Source of the DNA: Isurus oxyrinchus
Lineage: Eukaryota
Reading direction: 5' to 3'
DNA: 64,000 nt
Assembly: GCA_026770705.1 (NCBI GenBank)
Contig: JANJGN010000026.1
Coordinates: 31,062,001 to 31,126,000 of the forward strand
Part shown: positions 50,152 to 62,205 of the stretch, piece after piece
How the letters are laid out: each line of letters begins with the position of its first letter
Position numbering within the stretch: the stretch's first letter is position 1
Made by a program: the position numbers and the translations under genes
The notes under the pieces: generated by a model
Told to the model about the DNA's origin: nothing
Seen by the model: the letters and a program-made list of their open reading frames with translations, nothing else
Databases searched by the model: none

Positions 50152-51050
50152 CCAACTTACTGGGGACCATAATATTATCCCGACAACAGTGCGGCCTCTC
50201 CCGGTGCATCACCTACTACCTGGTGGCGATAGCAGTGAGCGATTTCCTGGTCATCATCACCGCCGTCATCTTCAACCGGATCGGCCGCATCTACTTTCAG
50301 GACAGTGTCCTCTCTACCACTCCTACATGCGCACTCAGCAACCTGCTGGTCTTTGCCACCCGGGATAGCTCAGTCTGGCTGACTGTGGCCTTCACCAACG
50401 ACCGTTTTGTGGCCATCTGCTGTCAGGGCCTGAAGGCCAGATACTGCACTGGGAAAACTGCGTTACTTGTTATAGGACTGGTCAGTGCCCTGAGCTGCGC
50501 CAGGAACGTCCCTTTCTACTTCATCTACCAGCCCTTGTACATCTTGGACGGGGTGCCCTGGTTCTGCAGCATGAAGCCCATCTATTATGCCTCACTCGGC
50601 TGGCAGGCTTACGACTGGCTGGACCACATTTTAACCCCCTTTCTCCCTTTCTTCCTCATTCTACTGCTCAATGCCCTGACCGTAAGGCATATCTTAGCGG
50701 CCAGCAGAGCCCGCAGGAGGCTCCGGGGCACTGAGAGTCATGGAGATGTGGAGATCGCCAAACGCCAGAGGTCCATTGTCCTGCTTTTCACCATCTCGCT
50801 CAGCCTCCTCCTCCTGTGGGCCACCTATCTCGGACATTTCCTCTATGTGCGGATCACTGGCGAGGGCTACCTCACCAGCCTGGACTTCAATGACCCCCGG
50901 TACATCTTCCAGGAGACAGCCAACATGCTCCAGTTAGTCAGTTCCTGCAACAACGTTTTTATCTACGCGGTGGCCCAGAATAAGTTCCGAGAGGAGCTGA
51001 AGAAGGTGCTGATGTCTCCCTTCACCGCAGTCACTGGTTGTTTTAAATAG
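50152..51050 (+). CDS. GPR139/GPR142-like class A GPCR, exon 2 (322 aa in total)
   Basis: Acceptor CTCTCACAG; ANLLGTIILSRQQCGLSRCITYYLVAIAVSD, SVWLTVAFTNDRFVAIC, LILLLNALTVRHIL, SSCNNVFIYAVAQNKFREEL; seven hydrophobic segments, no internal stop; 70+899 = 969 nt in frame. Confidence 0.92.
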
Positions 51051-51112
51051 GAAAAACACGGCAAAACGCCCATACGTTGATTCACTTCCATCATAGTGGT
51101 TCTGTGTGTAGC

Positions 51113-51114
51113 AG

Positions 51115-51145
<31 letters not shown>

Positions 51146-51195
51146 CATGTCGTTCTCTCTCTCTATCTCTCTCTCTCTTTCTCTCTCTCTCTCGC
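51113..51195. repeat. (CT)n microsatellite
   Basis: Direct reading. Confidence 0.9.
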
Positions 51196-51229
51196 ACTTT
51201 CTATCACTTACTCTTTCTCCCACTCTTTT

Positions 51230-51615
51230 TCCAGAACGAGGATGTCCTGGGCAGTAGCTCCCTTTCTTGAGAGATGTCAGGCCCATACCGCAGTGCCGGC
51301 AGTGCCCCTGTGGCCCCCAATGAATACTGAGCTATCGCTGTTGCTGCTTTCCTGGTTCAGATACTAAACCACTGAGAGTATCTGCCCTCTCAGATGGAAT
51401 CTCAATACCCCACGGTCGTAATTTGAAAAACTGAGAAGGCAAAGCTTTCCCCAGGTTCGTACAATAAGTTCCCATCATTTAACATCACGGAAACCAGCCA
51501 CCTGATTATTTTTTTCCCATTAATGTCTCTGTACCCATTTGCTGAAGGGTTTCCTGCATTGTTACGGGAAAATGATTAATTGGCAGCAAAGCACTTTGAG
51601 AAACTCTGAGTTTAT
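51230..51615 (+). mobile_element. Degenerate Deu-SINE-like element
   Basis: TCTGCCCTCTCAGATGG and AAAGCACTTTGAGA motifs shared with the reverse complement of 32310-32665. Confidence 0.4.
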
Positions 51616-52094
51616 TTCTTTCTTTCTTCCTTTCTTTCCTCCTTTCTTTCCTCCTCTCTTCCATTCATTCTCCTACTTCACTGAGACCCATTCTCCATGA
51701 GAGTGTGTTACTCAACACTGAAAACAAAGTATTTGATTGAATGGGGAGGTTTTTTAAGCAGTGAATTGTGATCTGAATTGTGCTGCCTGAAAGGGAGCTG
51801 GACGCAAACTGAGTAGTAAATTTGAAAAGTTAAATTAATAAATACTAAGGCGACATTTCGTAAAGAGCAAATAACTATAACTGAAGGTTTTCTCTTTCAG
51901 AGATCCGGCATACAGGCCGTGACCAACAGGTCTGTTCTTTTGCCTTATAGTTATAGACAGCGGTATTAGCGACCCCAGGCCACCCGAACCGTCTTTCTCG
52001 GTGAATAAATTGCTTTCTGCGAAACGCTGAAGCAAATTTGTGCAGTGGCAGATCCCTAATCTCATTCTCATCATTGAACAGCATCCATCTGTTC

Positions 52095-52585
52095 AGCGTT
52101 GTTTGGGATGAGAGGCTTATCTTTTGAAGGAATCTTGAATAGTTTGGATCAATAGCCAGTAAATTTTCGAAGAATAAGAGGTGAAATTACTGAAGCATAT
52201 TGGAGCCTGAGGGGGAGTTGACAGAGTGGATGCCTGGGGAATTATTCCACTTGTCTCTCCTGGGTGACACAGTTTTGGAATAAGAGGCCTACGGTTTAGA
52301 CAGAGATGAGGAGATTTGTTTTTCTCTCAGAGGGTCGTTAGTGTGTGGAATTCACTTTCCCAGAAAGCAATGGAGGCTGGTCAATGAATTTATTCAAGGG
52401 TGCGTTAAATTGTGCTAATATCATGAGTTAGACAGATTTTTGATAGACAAAGGAGTCAAGAGGCAGACGAGAAAGTGGAGTTGAGACCTCAAGCAGATTA
52501 GCCATGAAGGTATCGAATAGTGCATCAGGCTCTCAGGGGTGAATTGCCTACTCTTGCCTCTAAGTCTCATGGTCTTATATTTATA
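52095..52585 (+). mobile_element. CR1 3' fragment
   Basis: AGAATAAGAGGTGAA..TTCTCTCAGAGGGTCGTTAGTGTGTGGAATTCACT CR1 motifs. Confidence 0.75.
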
Positions 52586-53529
52586 TGTTTGGCGAGAGAG
52601 TGTGGTTGGGTGTCGGAGGTCTGAAACACAGAATGACAATGCCATGGTCTGGTGTAATATAAACAGCGACACGTGTGATAGAAGCGAAACAATTGTCTAG
52701 TGTAATTTGAACCGAGCCAAAATGTTTCTTCACCTAATCACAAAACAGGATCTAATCTCATGAAAGGTAATGTGATCTAATGTAATAGGGACGTGATCCA
52801 ATCAATTGAAAGCAGAGACAGGAACTAATCTGATGTAAACATGGACAATTTCTACTTCATAGAAAACTGAGACAGTGGCTTGCATTATATAAACAGGGAC
52901 ACGCTCAATTGCAACAATAATTAAAAACGGACCTTGTGTGACTCAAACAATGTAATTGCCTTGCACAGTATTAAATAAGACAGGGCCTAGTGCGACATTA
53001 CCAACAACATGCATTTGCAAACTGTCAGAGCGATGTGTTTTGTGCTTTGTACACAAATGTATTCTACATAAGAAATATGCAAGACCGCATTACGCTACAC
53101 ATGCTTATATGTATTACTTTCACACAGGCACGCGCATTGACACACACATACAGAATTGGTAGGACACAATACCAGCATAAATTAATAAACTTTCACGCAA
53201 CACATTTTGCGCCTAAGATATGCAACGTACGGTGCTGACAGTTAGTCCCGTCCTTCAATCCCGCTTCCCGCTCGGAGATTGTTACATGATCCACCCCAAT
53301 TTTTCAACCAAATATCACGTCCTCAAGATCTCAGAAGGTGTTACGTCTGAAGTTGTTTCCAAGCATAGTAGATAAGTAACACAGGAAATATTATTTACAC
53401 ATAGGTGTTCGGGAATGTGCAATTATTTGGCAGAAAGATTTGTCAATCTGAGTTTGATAAGATGGAATGCCGAGATTCAGGAAATTTCTGCAAAATTTTC
53501 AATTTGTGTCCAATAATAACAATGTCATT

Positions 53530-53830
53530 ATTTCACAAGATTATTAACATACCATAGCATCTGTTTATGAATAATTGAGGAACTACTTTGGATGAAGAAA
53601 TTGCTCGTCCTTTTGTTCGGGCCACCCGCTGCCATTGGACCGTTGAAATACAATGATTCCCAGCGCTCACTTTCTAACTCTCCTTTGATATAGCACCTGC
53701 AATTTATGCACAAGCTCTTGCCCGCAATGTACCATTGTATGGAGTGAAATGTCACGGAAGAAAGATATTTCCTGTAATCTCCACCTGTGAAATTTGACAC
53801 CAGTAAACCGACGATTCTGCAAGTTTTGGC
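53530..53830 (-). pseudogene. Possible decayed V remnant
   Basis: SSVTFHSIQWYIAGKSL..NKRTSNFFIQSS in ORF 53528..53800(-); octamer ATTTGCAT at 54067-54074 upstream. Confidence 0.25.
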
Positions 53831-54215
53831 TGAAGCTGAGCGCTATACCGGCGAAAAACGATGACTCTTAATTTCTACCCCAATTTGGTGCATAATTTTG
53901 CTGAATTATTATTGTGTCAGTTTATTATGAATGTTATTATTTTAATTTTATTTTTACTATAGCTGACCACTTAAGTGTTTTCTATTTGCTACAGTTGCTT
54001 TGTTGCATCAACTGTCAGATTATTTCTCTAAGTTCCCGTGTGTGCCCAATCCATTAATACATGCTCATTTGCATTGAGATTAATAATTCCACCATTCATG
54101 AGGTTGGATTGAAATTTCGTATAAATTAAGTCTTCCCACCTCACTAATCATCAAAGGCGGCAGACATCAAAACTGGATAGGGCCATGAATCAAGTGTGAT
54201 GATTATTCACCTATC

Positions 54216-54549
54216 TGTGTGTGTGTGAATGTGAATGTGTGTGAATGTGTGTGTGTGTGAATGTGAGTATGAATGTGTGTGAGTGTAAATGTGTGTTCGC
54301 ATGTGTGTGTGTGAATGTGTGTGTGTGTGAATGTGTGTGTGAATGTGAGTGTGTGAGTATGTGAGTATGAATGTGTGTGAGTGTGAATGTGTGTGAGTGT
54401 GAATTTGTGTGAGTGTGTGAATGTGTGTCCGTGTGAATGTGTGTGTGAGTGTGTGTGAATGTGTGTGAATGTGAATGTGTGAGTGTGAATGTGTGTGAGT
54501 GTGTGAGTGTGAATGTGTGTGAGTGTGAATTTGTGTGAGTGTGTGAATG
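54216..54549. repeat. Compound (GT/GAAT/GAGT)n microsatellite
   Basis: Direct reading; abuts an N gap. Confidence 0.95.
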
Positions 54550-54743
54550 NNNNNNNNNNNNNNNNNNNNNNNNNNNNNNNNNNNNNNNNNNNNNNNNNNN
54601 NNNNNNNNNNNNNNNNNNNNNNNNNNNNNNNNNNNNNNNNNNNNNNNNNNNNNNNNNNNNNNNNNNNNNNNNNNNNNNNNNNNNNNNNNNNNNNNNNNNN
54701 NNNNNNNNNNNNNNNNNNNNNNNNNNNNNNNNNNNNNNNNNNN
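54550..54743. other. Assembly gap (N run)
   Basis: Run of N. Confidence 1.
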
Positions 54744-55202
54744 AATCAGGGGCATCATTGGTTACTAACCAAGAAATGCTCCTTCTACACACCCTATCAA
54801 ACACTGTCAGGACAGATGCCGCGCAAAACATATCTCCTTCACTGTCACTCCTATCCAGAGTCAATACTGCACGGGTTAAATACACAAACAATCCCAGACA
54901 GATAGAACAGGGATGAACTTTCGGGTGAATCTCCCTCTACACTGTGCCAACAAAGGCTCCTCATGCAGTTACAACACGAATGAATGCAGAGAGATTCTGC
55001 TTCAATGAGCGCCGACTATGCAAGAAGTTGTGAAAGGAATCAACTTTTAACTTCTAAATAAACGGAAAAAATATTTTGTTCTCTCAGATTACACAGATAG
55101 TGTAATTTGCACTTCTAAATCACATTTCTAAAGACAGTTACTTGTGTGCTTCTCACTTCTGAAGCCCGTGGCTTGTTGCCTCCTCAGTCGCTGTGCCCAG
55201 TA

Positions 55203-55482
55203 AGTTCTCATATATGCTCCTGATCTCTTCGTTTCACGGTATCTCACCGCTCTGTTACACAATGCCGTGTCTGACAGCTGAACAGTATTAACAGTGAGAG
55301 CGGTGGATCGTTTCTCACGGTCCACAGGTACTTCAAAACTTCCCTCAACTCTTTCATCTCTGTATGTGCAAACAAAATACTCGGGAGCTTATTTGGAGAG
55401 CTGGCAATACCAGGATATGAGTTCTGGTCCGAACGTTCTCTGATACATCGATATCTGAAATGCCTCTGAGTGACAACAGCAG
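55203..55482 (-). pseudogene. TCR alpha/delta-like V pseudogene with decayed 23-RSS
   Basis: AAVVTQ.., ISWYCQLSK*APEYF..VDREKRSTALTVNTVQLSDTALCNRAVR; TACCGTG (55241-55235) + 23 bp + ATGAGAACT. Confidence 0.75.
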
Positions 55483-55567
55483 CTGCCAAAACAAGACTGA
55501 CATTAAAATAATGACAATGCAAGCAGGATTAAATAAAGTGCTTGCAAATATCAGCAATAAAAACGGA

Positions 55568-55568
55568 C

Positions 55569-55616
<48 letters not shown>
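55568..55616. repeat. (TATC)n microsatellite (another at ~35627-35650)
   Basis: Direct reading. Confidence 0.95.
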
Positions 55617-55620
<4 letters not shown>

Positions 55621-55945
55621 TTATCCGCCTGCCTGTCTGCCCGTCTGTCTGTCTGTCTTCTTGTTTATCTATTTTCGTTCGCATCTCTATCTATCTAGGT
55701 ACCTGAGAGCCAGAGTTAGTTTTCTGTCTATCTCTTTATGTTGCATGTCGAACAACCAAACATACAGAACTTTACGGACTATGATTCTATACTCTGTATC
55801 TGTAATACCAGCAACAGGATGTTAAAAATTTCTCCAGATGAAAGTTTAAACATGGGCAAGTAACATTTCTGAATATCACCAGCATTTCTAAAGGCCCTGG
55901 GTTGGGGAAAGGTTAACGGAGCAGCAGACACACGACAGTGAGCAA

Positions 55946-56220
55946 CCATATTGTACAACTGAATCCGTCTTTGTCTCAATATGCCCTTATGGCACAGTGA
56001 TAACCTCTGACGCCTTGGGCCGCAATGTTACCAATAGACTATTGGAATTCTTCACTCTGTCAAAGGGCAGTGTGTAGCGTCCTTTGGTCACATTCCCCAG
56101 GTAAATGGGAGCGATAAATTTCGGAGCCCCTGTCAGTATTTGTCCAAGGCTCAGGAGTATCCAAAATCAACCGAGCGCCAACAGTCCACTTCAACCCATT
56201 CTCCTTCTTTGTGGGGGTTT
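55946..56220 (-). pseudogene. V pseudogene
   Basis: KEGEWVEVDC.., GAPKFIAPIY..KGRYTLPFDRVKNSNSL.., GYHCAIR; CATATTG + 22 bp + ACAATATGG; GTAAGT donor upstream at ~56273. Confidence 0.6.
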
Positions 56221-57364
56221 CTGCTCATGATGATGAAGATGGACAAAAGGCGGATCAATCAGGGTCTGACTTACAGGCTGGGCCTTGCTGCTAACTCCAG
56301 GACTCCCAATGGTGGGGAGGAGGAGGAGAGGGGAGAAACTGATGAGCGACACTATCACCGATTGGCCTGTTCTGGGATGTCGTTATCTGACATAATTCAC
56401 TGTGCTGACTGATTGGTGGTTTCTCAAACTGGAGACCACTTAATTTGTCACAGCTCTTGAATTTCTTTGCTTCCGGTGTATCAACTTGTTAAATTGTCTC
56501 ATAAGGTATCTCCTCCATTGTCTTTCTAACCGAAAAGAGCCATTCGTCATCTTAGACTCATAGAGTTTTAGAGCACAAAGAGGGGCAATTAGGCCCACTA
56601 CCTACGTGCTGACTCTCTGAAAGAGTTATCCATTTATTCTTAATTACCTGTCTGGGGTCTGAATATTTTGTATTTTTAAATTTTCCTTTAATGGACAAAT
56701 AGTTATCCACTTGCCTTTCAAAATTACTTATAGATTCTGCCTCCATCACTGTTCCCCATGGACAACCATATCCTCTAATAGTTCACTGCTCAAAATACAA
56801 AAGGAATTGACCCCCGTCCATTATAATAGACATAACCTGAAACGACGCCATCCAGTTACCCATTGAGCGACCAGTCGGATTCACTCTGTTTCATTTCAAC
56901 ATTTTAAATCCTCCCTTGATTGGCCATAAGTCTGTCAGACCGCTCCTTAATATTCCCTCCCCTGATGAAAAGTTGCTCAATTATTTGTATTATCGTCTCT
57001 CATCCCCCACTGTACCTTCCTCAGCCTGTCCTACTTGAGGGTTAACACCAAACCAAGGAAGAATCTTAAAACTGGTAAAAATGGTTGAATTGTGTTAACA
57101 ATGATGCATGCAACTTTATCCTTGTCCCTCAGTGTTATAGAATCCACGTGTCTGTTTATAACTTCGGATTATTTGGTTATTTAAGACAATCGGCAGCTTA
57201 TTCCCCATTTTCAGCATCTGAATCCTGAATTCTTTCTCCCCATTTCTCGGTCAGATTAATATTTACCTCTTTGCTCCTTCTGCCCGCTTTACCTTTTATT
57301 ATGAGACAAACAGACACGGAAATTTTTAGTAGTACTTGAACCATTAGGTCATTTTATTATTATT

Positions 57365-57645
57365 TGGATGTGGGCGTCGCTGGCTGGGCCAGCATTTATT
57401 GTTCAAGGGCCATTTAAGAGTCAACCACATTGCTGTAGATCTGAAGTCACATGAAGGATTTCATTCCCTAAAGGAACCAAATGGGTTTTTACAACATTCG
57501 GCAATAGTTCCATGCTTTTAATTCCATATTTTTATTGAATTCAAATTCCACCATCTGTCATGCTGGGATTAGAACCCGGGTTCCCAGAGCGTTACTCTGG
57601 GTTTCTGGATTACTCGTCCAGCAACAATTACACTATCCCTCCCCA
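57365..57645 (-). mobile_element. HE1-like tRNA-derived SINE (partial paralog at ~60330-60485)
   Basis: The minus-strand head has a B-box-like GGTTCTAATCCC; the 3' end is the reverse complement of GGATGTGGGCGTCGCTGGCTGGGCCAGCATTTATTG. Confidence 0.7.
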
Positions 57646-57652
57646 TCAAGAC

Positions 57653-57709
57653 CCATATGGGTAGAGTATACAGTAGAGAAGTGAAGAACACCAATGCAAT
57701 GCTTAGCAT
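57653..57709 (-). pseudogene. Orphan leader-like exon
   Basis: Encodes MLSIALVFFTSLLYTLPIW; paralogous to 60932-60989; no V exon follows. Confidence 0.5.
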
Positions 57710-57769
57710 TAAGCTAACAATGGCACAAATCAGAGGAAGTCCTGAATGAAACGTGGAAAGCTGTAAACT

Positions 57770-60010
57770 CTTTTGAATCAACAAAATAAAGTAAATAAAC
57801 AAAATTGTGGACATTTTTTAAAAGTAGCCCCTTAAAGGGAAATTGCAAAAACAAAGACAAAATTTAAAGGAAATTTACAAACATTAAACCAAAATGTGAT
57901 TAAGATTTCAATCAAACACCCCAGTCGCTGCAGTGCCCACCGAGCATGGAAGGCCTCGACGGTGCCAGCAGACTCCAAGCACTCACTCTCCAGGGGCACC
58001 CGGCGCAAACATAACAGTGAAAAACAGGCAAACTCTCGGGTCGGAGGACTCCCACGATTGACCGCTGCCTGGAGCTGCTAATGATCAACTGGGCCAGGCC
58101 CAGGGGCAGGTCCATGAAGTGGTCCTCCTTCCTCCCGTCTCCTCTCCAGCCGGGTGCCCATAGATCAGGAGTGTGGGACAGAAGTGCAAACAAAATAAAA
58201 GCAAAAAGATTTCAAGTAACTAAAAAGGGCGTCCAACCCACAACAGCTCACATATGCATGGTCCACGGACTCCACAAGGCTGCAAAATGCACAGGCACCT
58301 TGGGAGTCCATGAACCGACTCATCCTCTGGTTCTATGGGACTCCTGCAGACAACACCCGCTATCCCAGGTCCCCAGTGGAAAATGGGAGGGTACCCACTG
58401 GGGACCACCACCATCAGACGGCAACAGGTGGCGGACGAGGGGCAAGGAACCAAAAGGTGTGCAGCAGCAGCCCATGCAGGATACCCCTCCATGTCATGCT
58501 AAAGGACACGGGGGTCATTTCCGTGAGGTGACTTAGGTTGCGGGGCGGGGGCTCCTGAGGGAGATTTCGAGGCTTGGGGCCAATGTGGAATTCCGTTCGA
58601 ACAGGGGTACACTCAGGCGGAAGACAACTGTGCAACTGCGCCACCTCTAGACCCAGAACAACGTCATGGCCGAACACAACCATCATCAGGCTTTGGATGG
58701 CATTGGCTGTGAGCTGGATGTCCACCGACGCACGATGCACCAAATCCTGCGGCAGCATCCAGTCCACTCCTCCACACCCAGCACACCCCCGATCCTGGTC
58801 ACCCCAGCATCCACTGCCCTCCTCACTACCAGGCTCTGAAAAAGGCGGAAGTGCAGATTCCTGAACAAAGGCTCTCTCACGATAGTTGCGACTACCTCCT
58901 GACCGCAGAAAGCTGCGTAGCACGGAGACCATGTTCCAGACGTTGATCAAGTCCTGATAAAAGACGGGCAACACCTGCTAGAAGCCACGAAGGCCGCGCC
59001 GGCCTACAAACAGGGGCTACCCGTCATAACTCAGGCCATGCACCTGGTGGAAGAAATACGTTGACAGGGAACACTATCTTGGAGGGGGCTCGAACTAAAG
59101 GTATTGATGCAGGTCCCGAAGGCAGAAAGTCACCACCTTGGTGCGTCACTAGCGCCTGCCCACCCTTCATAAGTGGGAGGCTCAGAAACTCCACAGTGAA
59201 CCAGTGCAGCCTTTCATCCCAGAAGGGGTTGTCTAGTGATCTCTGGACTTCTGAGACAAAATTCGGGGGAGGGGTCAAAGCGCCCAGCCGGTACCACAAC
59301 ATGGTGGCAATCAGCTGGTTTATGACCAGAACTCGACCCCGGTAAGACAGCACTCAGAGCTGCCCTGTCCAGCACCACAGGCTAGTGGCGATTTTGGCCT
59401 CCAGTTCCTGCCAGTTCGCCAGCCTGGATTCCTCAGGAGGGCAGAGGTGGACCCCCAGGTAGAGGAGGCTGGTCCCGCTCCAGGTGAAGGGCCTGGGTTC
59501 CTCGGGTAGGGGTTCCAACTGCCGACCAGGGGCCCAGGACACTTGTCCAAGCTGATCCTGGCAGAGGACGCGGCAAAGCAGACCTCCTGGCACTTGCACA
59601 TCCTCCGCAGGTCAGCCGGCTCAGTGAACATGAGCAGCAAGTCATCAGTATAAGCCGATAGGACCACCCCAATGGCCGGCCCACGCAGAACCAATCATGA
59701 CAACCTCCTCCACAGGAGGTGCAGTAAAGGATCCACGCAGATAGAATACAATTGGCCAGGTAGGGAGCGGCCCTGGCGCACTCCTCTTTCTGAGCGAAGG
59801 GGCGCTGTCAGGGACCCGTTAACCTTTACTAGACACTCTGCGCCAGCATACATAAGTCGGATCCGAGCGACGAAATTCGTCCCGCACACGAATGCTCGCA
59901 GAGTCCCGAATAAATAACCGTGATCCACGCTGTCAAATATCTCCTAGTCAAGAGGCAGGAAGGCGCGCGACAGACCAGTCCTCTGGGAAAACCGGATGAT
60001 ACCTCCAGAC
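57770..60010 (-). mobile_element. Tx1-like (L1 clade) LINE, 5'-truncated and frameshifted
   Basis: DHGYLFGTL..VKVNGSL..GVRQG..L.GQLYSI, LSAYTDD, LSYRGRVLVINQLIATMLWYRL and LPVFYQDLINVWN across - strand ORFs. Confidence 0.88.
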
Positions 60011-60553
60011 CAGTAAACTAGTCCAAGTGTTTGAACTGTGTTCTAACCAACGGCATGTGCAGCTTTATTCTTGTCTCTAGGCACTCTACAATCCACGTGT
60101 CTGTTTATAACCTCGGATTATTTTATTATTTAAAGCAATCAGCAGATTGTTCCTCACTCTCAGCATCCGAATCCTGAATTCTTTCTCCCTCTTTCTCGTT
60201 TCAGTTAATATTTACTTCTTTGTCCCTTCCACACTCCATCTGCCTTACTTTTTTAAGTATGAGGCAAACAGACACGGAAATTTTTGGCGGTAATTTAGAC
60301 AGTTAACTCGTTTTTCAAATTCATTCCATGGGATGTGGGCGTCGCTGGCTAGGCTAGCATTTATTGCCCAAGCCTAATTGCCCTTTTTCAAAGGGCATTT
60401 AAGATTCAATCACATTGCAGTGGATCTGCAGTCACATGTAGGCCAGGCCAGGGAAGGACGGCAGATTTCTTCCCCTAAAAGATATTTTTCCTTCTGACGA
60501 TTATCAATTGTCTTTTCTGTCCTGTGTCTGCAGGAATAAACCCAACGGGCTGG

Positions 60554-60572
60554 ATGCGCCACCTACTGGTGC
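60554..60572 (-). promoter_or_regulatory. CTCF-like motif
   Basis: Minus strand reads GCACCAGTAGGTGGCGCAT. Confidence 0.65.
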
Positions 60573-60649
60573 ATTCGGGTAAATTTGGTTTGTCGAATCT
60601 GTCAAACTGGTTTTCACTTTCTGAAATGTTCTATTTTTCAATTTATTTT

Positions 60650-60989
60650 ACTTGTGGCGTGGCTAATTGCTGCGTGGAGCAATGAGATGAACACGGTTAC
60701 AAATATTGTAGACATTGCATTTTTGTTTATTTGATTTGAAGTGAGAGTAAATGATGAAAAAGTGATGTTTAATTAGACAACCAAAAACATACATTCTCGG
60801 AATTTGGGCGTCAATGGTAATTCTGGTCCTTATTGTCCATCTGTAAGTGAATCTTGCAACATCTGTTCTTCCCGCCTTGACGCTTTAATACTGTCGCCCG
60901 CCATGTTTGGTGCGTACAATTAAAATCATGCCATATGTGGGCAGAGAATTCAGTCGAGGAGTGAACAACACCAATGGGATCCTTCTCAT
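60650..60989 (-). pseudogene. Decayed leader plus V remnant
   Basis: Leader MRRIPLVLFTPRLNSLPTY-G then a GC donor; GDSIK.. start and SSFTLTSN..NAM FR3-like end. Confidence 0.4.
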
Positions 60990-61904
60990 TGAGCCAACAA
61001 GGGCACAAGTCAGAGGAAGGCCTGAATGACTCGTAGAGAGGTGTAGTCAGACCATACTCTATTATCATTGCTTTGAATTCTCGCCGCCAAGTAAGAATGG
61101 GGTCATTAAAGATTGGCGGCAGTGCAGCGGTAATACAGGAGGCTAATTTTTCAGTTTGAACGGTTTTAGATGAGAGGGAAAGCGAAAACAGTGCTTTCCG
61201 ACTGTTACCAACTGATTGTTGGTCGCACAGAAAGTGAACGCCGGTTGAACAGGTCTTCGCTCTAAATTACAGTGTCCAAAACCAGGGAATGTCCTGCGCA
61301 ATAATTAGGGGGAATTGTAACTCTTTCGAGTACAAACCCGTTTCCATCTGTTTATTCAGATGAAGTTACATTGTTTCATATTTTACCATTGTGAGATTTG
61401 AACTCTTGATAATCTTTTAAATGAAAACCAAATCAACAAAATCGGGACAATTGAACTCTTGATCTTGGGTTTACAAACACAGTAACATAACCACTTGGCT
61501 ATTTAGGCCAAGCTAGGGGGAATTGTAGGGGCGGTGGGATGGCTGGAAGGACAAATTAAGATGGGACAAACGGCTTCATCATTCGTCAGTACCTTATGAC
61601 TTTGAAAGTGGTCTGCGCAGTGAAAACTGAAAATGACGAATGAGCCTCTCGTGATGATGTGAGGTAAACTGCGGTTCCACGGTTTCTGCAACTTGATTAA
61701 TGTAAAACAAAAAGACAACTCTTGTGTGATGATTTACTGTGGCTTTCTCTCTGTGTACCCTTGTGTGCAAATGTATGTTTAACTGTCTGCATCTGTTCGG
61801 ATTTCCAATGTTGTAGTTGAGGCTCGTGTTGACCAGCAGAAGGCGCTCCCTGGTCTCTGGAACTTGTGATCGCAAGGTGAAGATGCGAGGGAGCTTAAGC
61901 ATTG

Positions 61905-62017
61905 ATTGGGCGTGGAGACGGTAATGCGCTTGCGTCAGATCATTTGCATTGTGACGTCAGCATGTTAACGTGTATAATGTCAGCATATTGTATCCGTGAC
62001 GTCACTGTGTGACGTCA
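61905..62017. promoter_or_regulatory. Dense promoter/enhancer cluster: CCAAT, GC box, octamer and three full CREs
   Basis: ATTGG/GGGCGTGG at ~61905-61915, ATTTGCAT at 61942-61949, TGACGTCA at 61952, 61997 and 62010. Confidence 0.65.
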
Positions 62018-62205
62018 GTCGGCCTGGTTTGAAAGTTATTTGTGCTTCCTCCGAGAAGACAGGGGACTAAAATAATTGTTAAAGCTTTAAATCTTATATA
62101 AATATGCAAAGAAGAAAAAACGATTAGTGAAGACAAATGTAGGTCTTTTACTGTCCGAAATGGGAGAATTTAGAATAGAAAACAAGGAAATGGCAGAGCT
62201 ATTTA

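Noticed and set aside
50223-51050. Single-exon GPCR starting at the GTG called by the ORF track
   Set aside because: It would lack TM1; a good acceptor at 50151 and an upstream exon at 48779-48848 complete the protein.
54207-54916. His/Thr-rich ORFs (also 22243-22695 and 63401-63912)
   Set aside because: Translations of (CA/GT)n microsatellites and N gaps.
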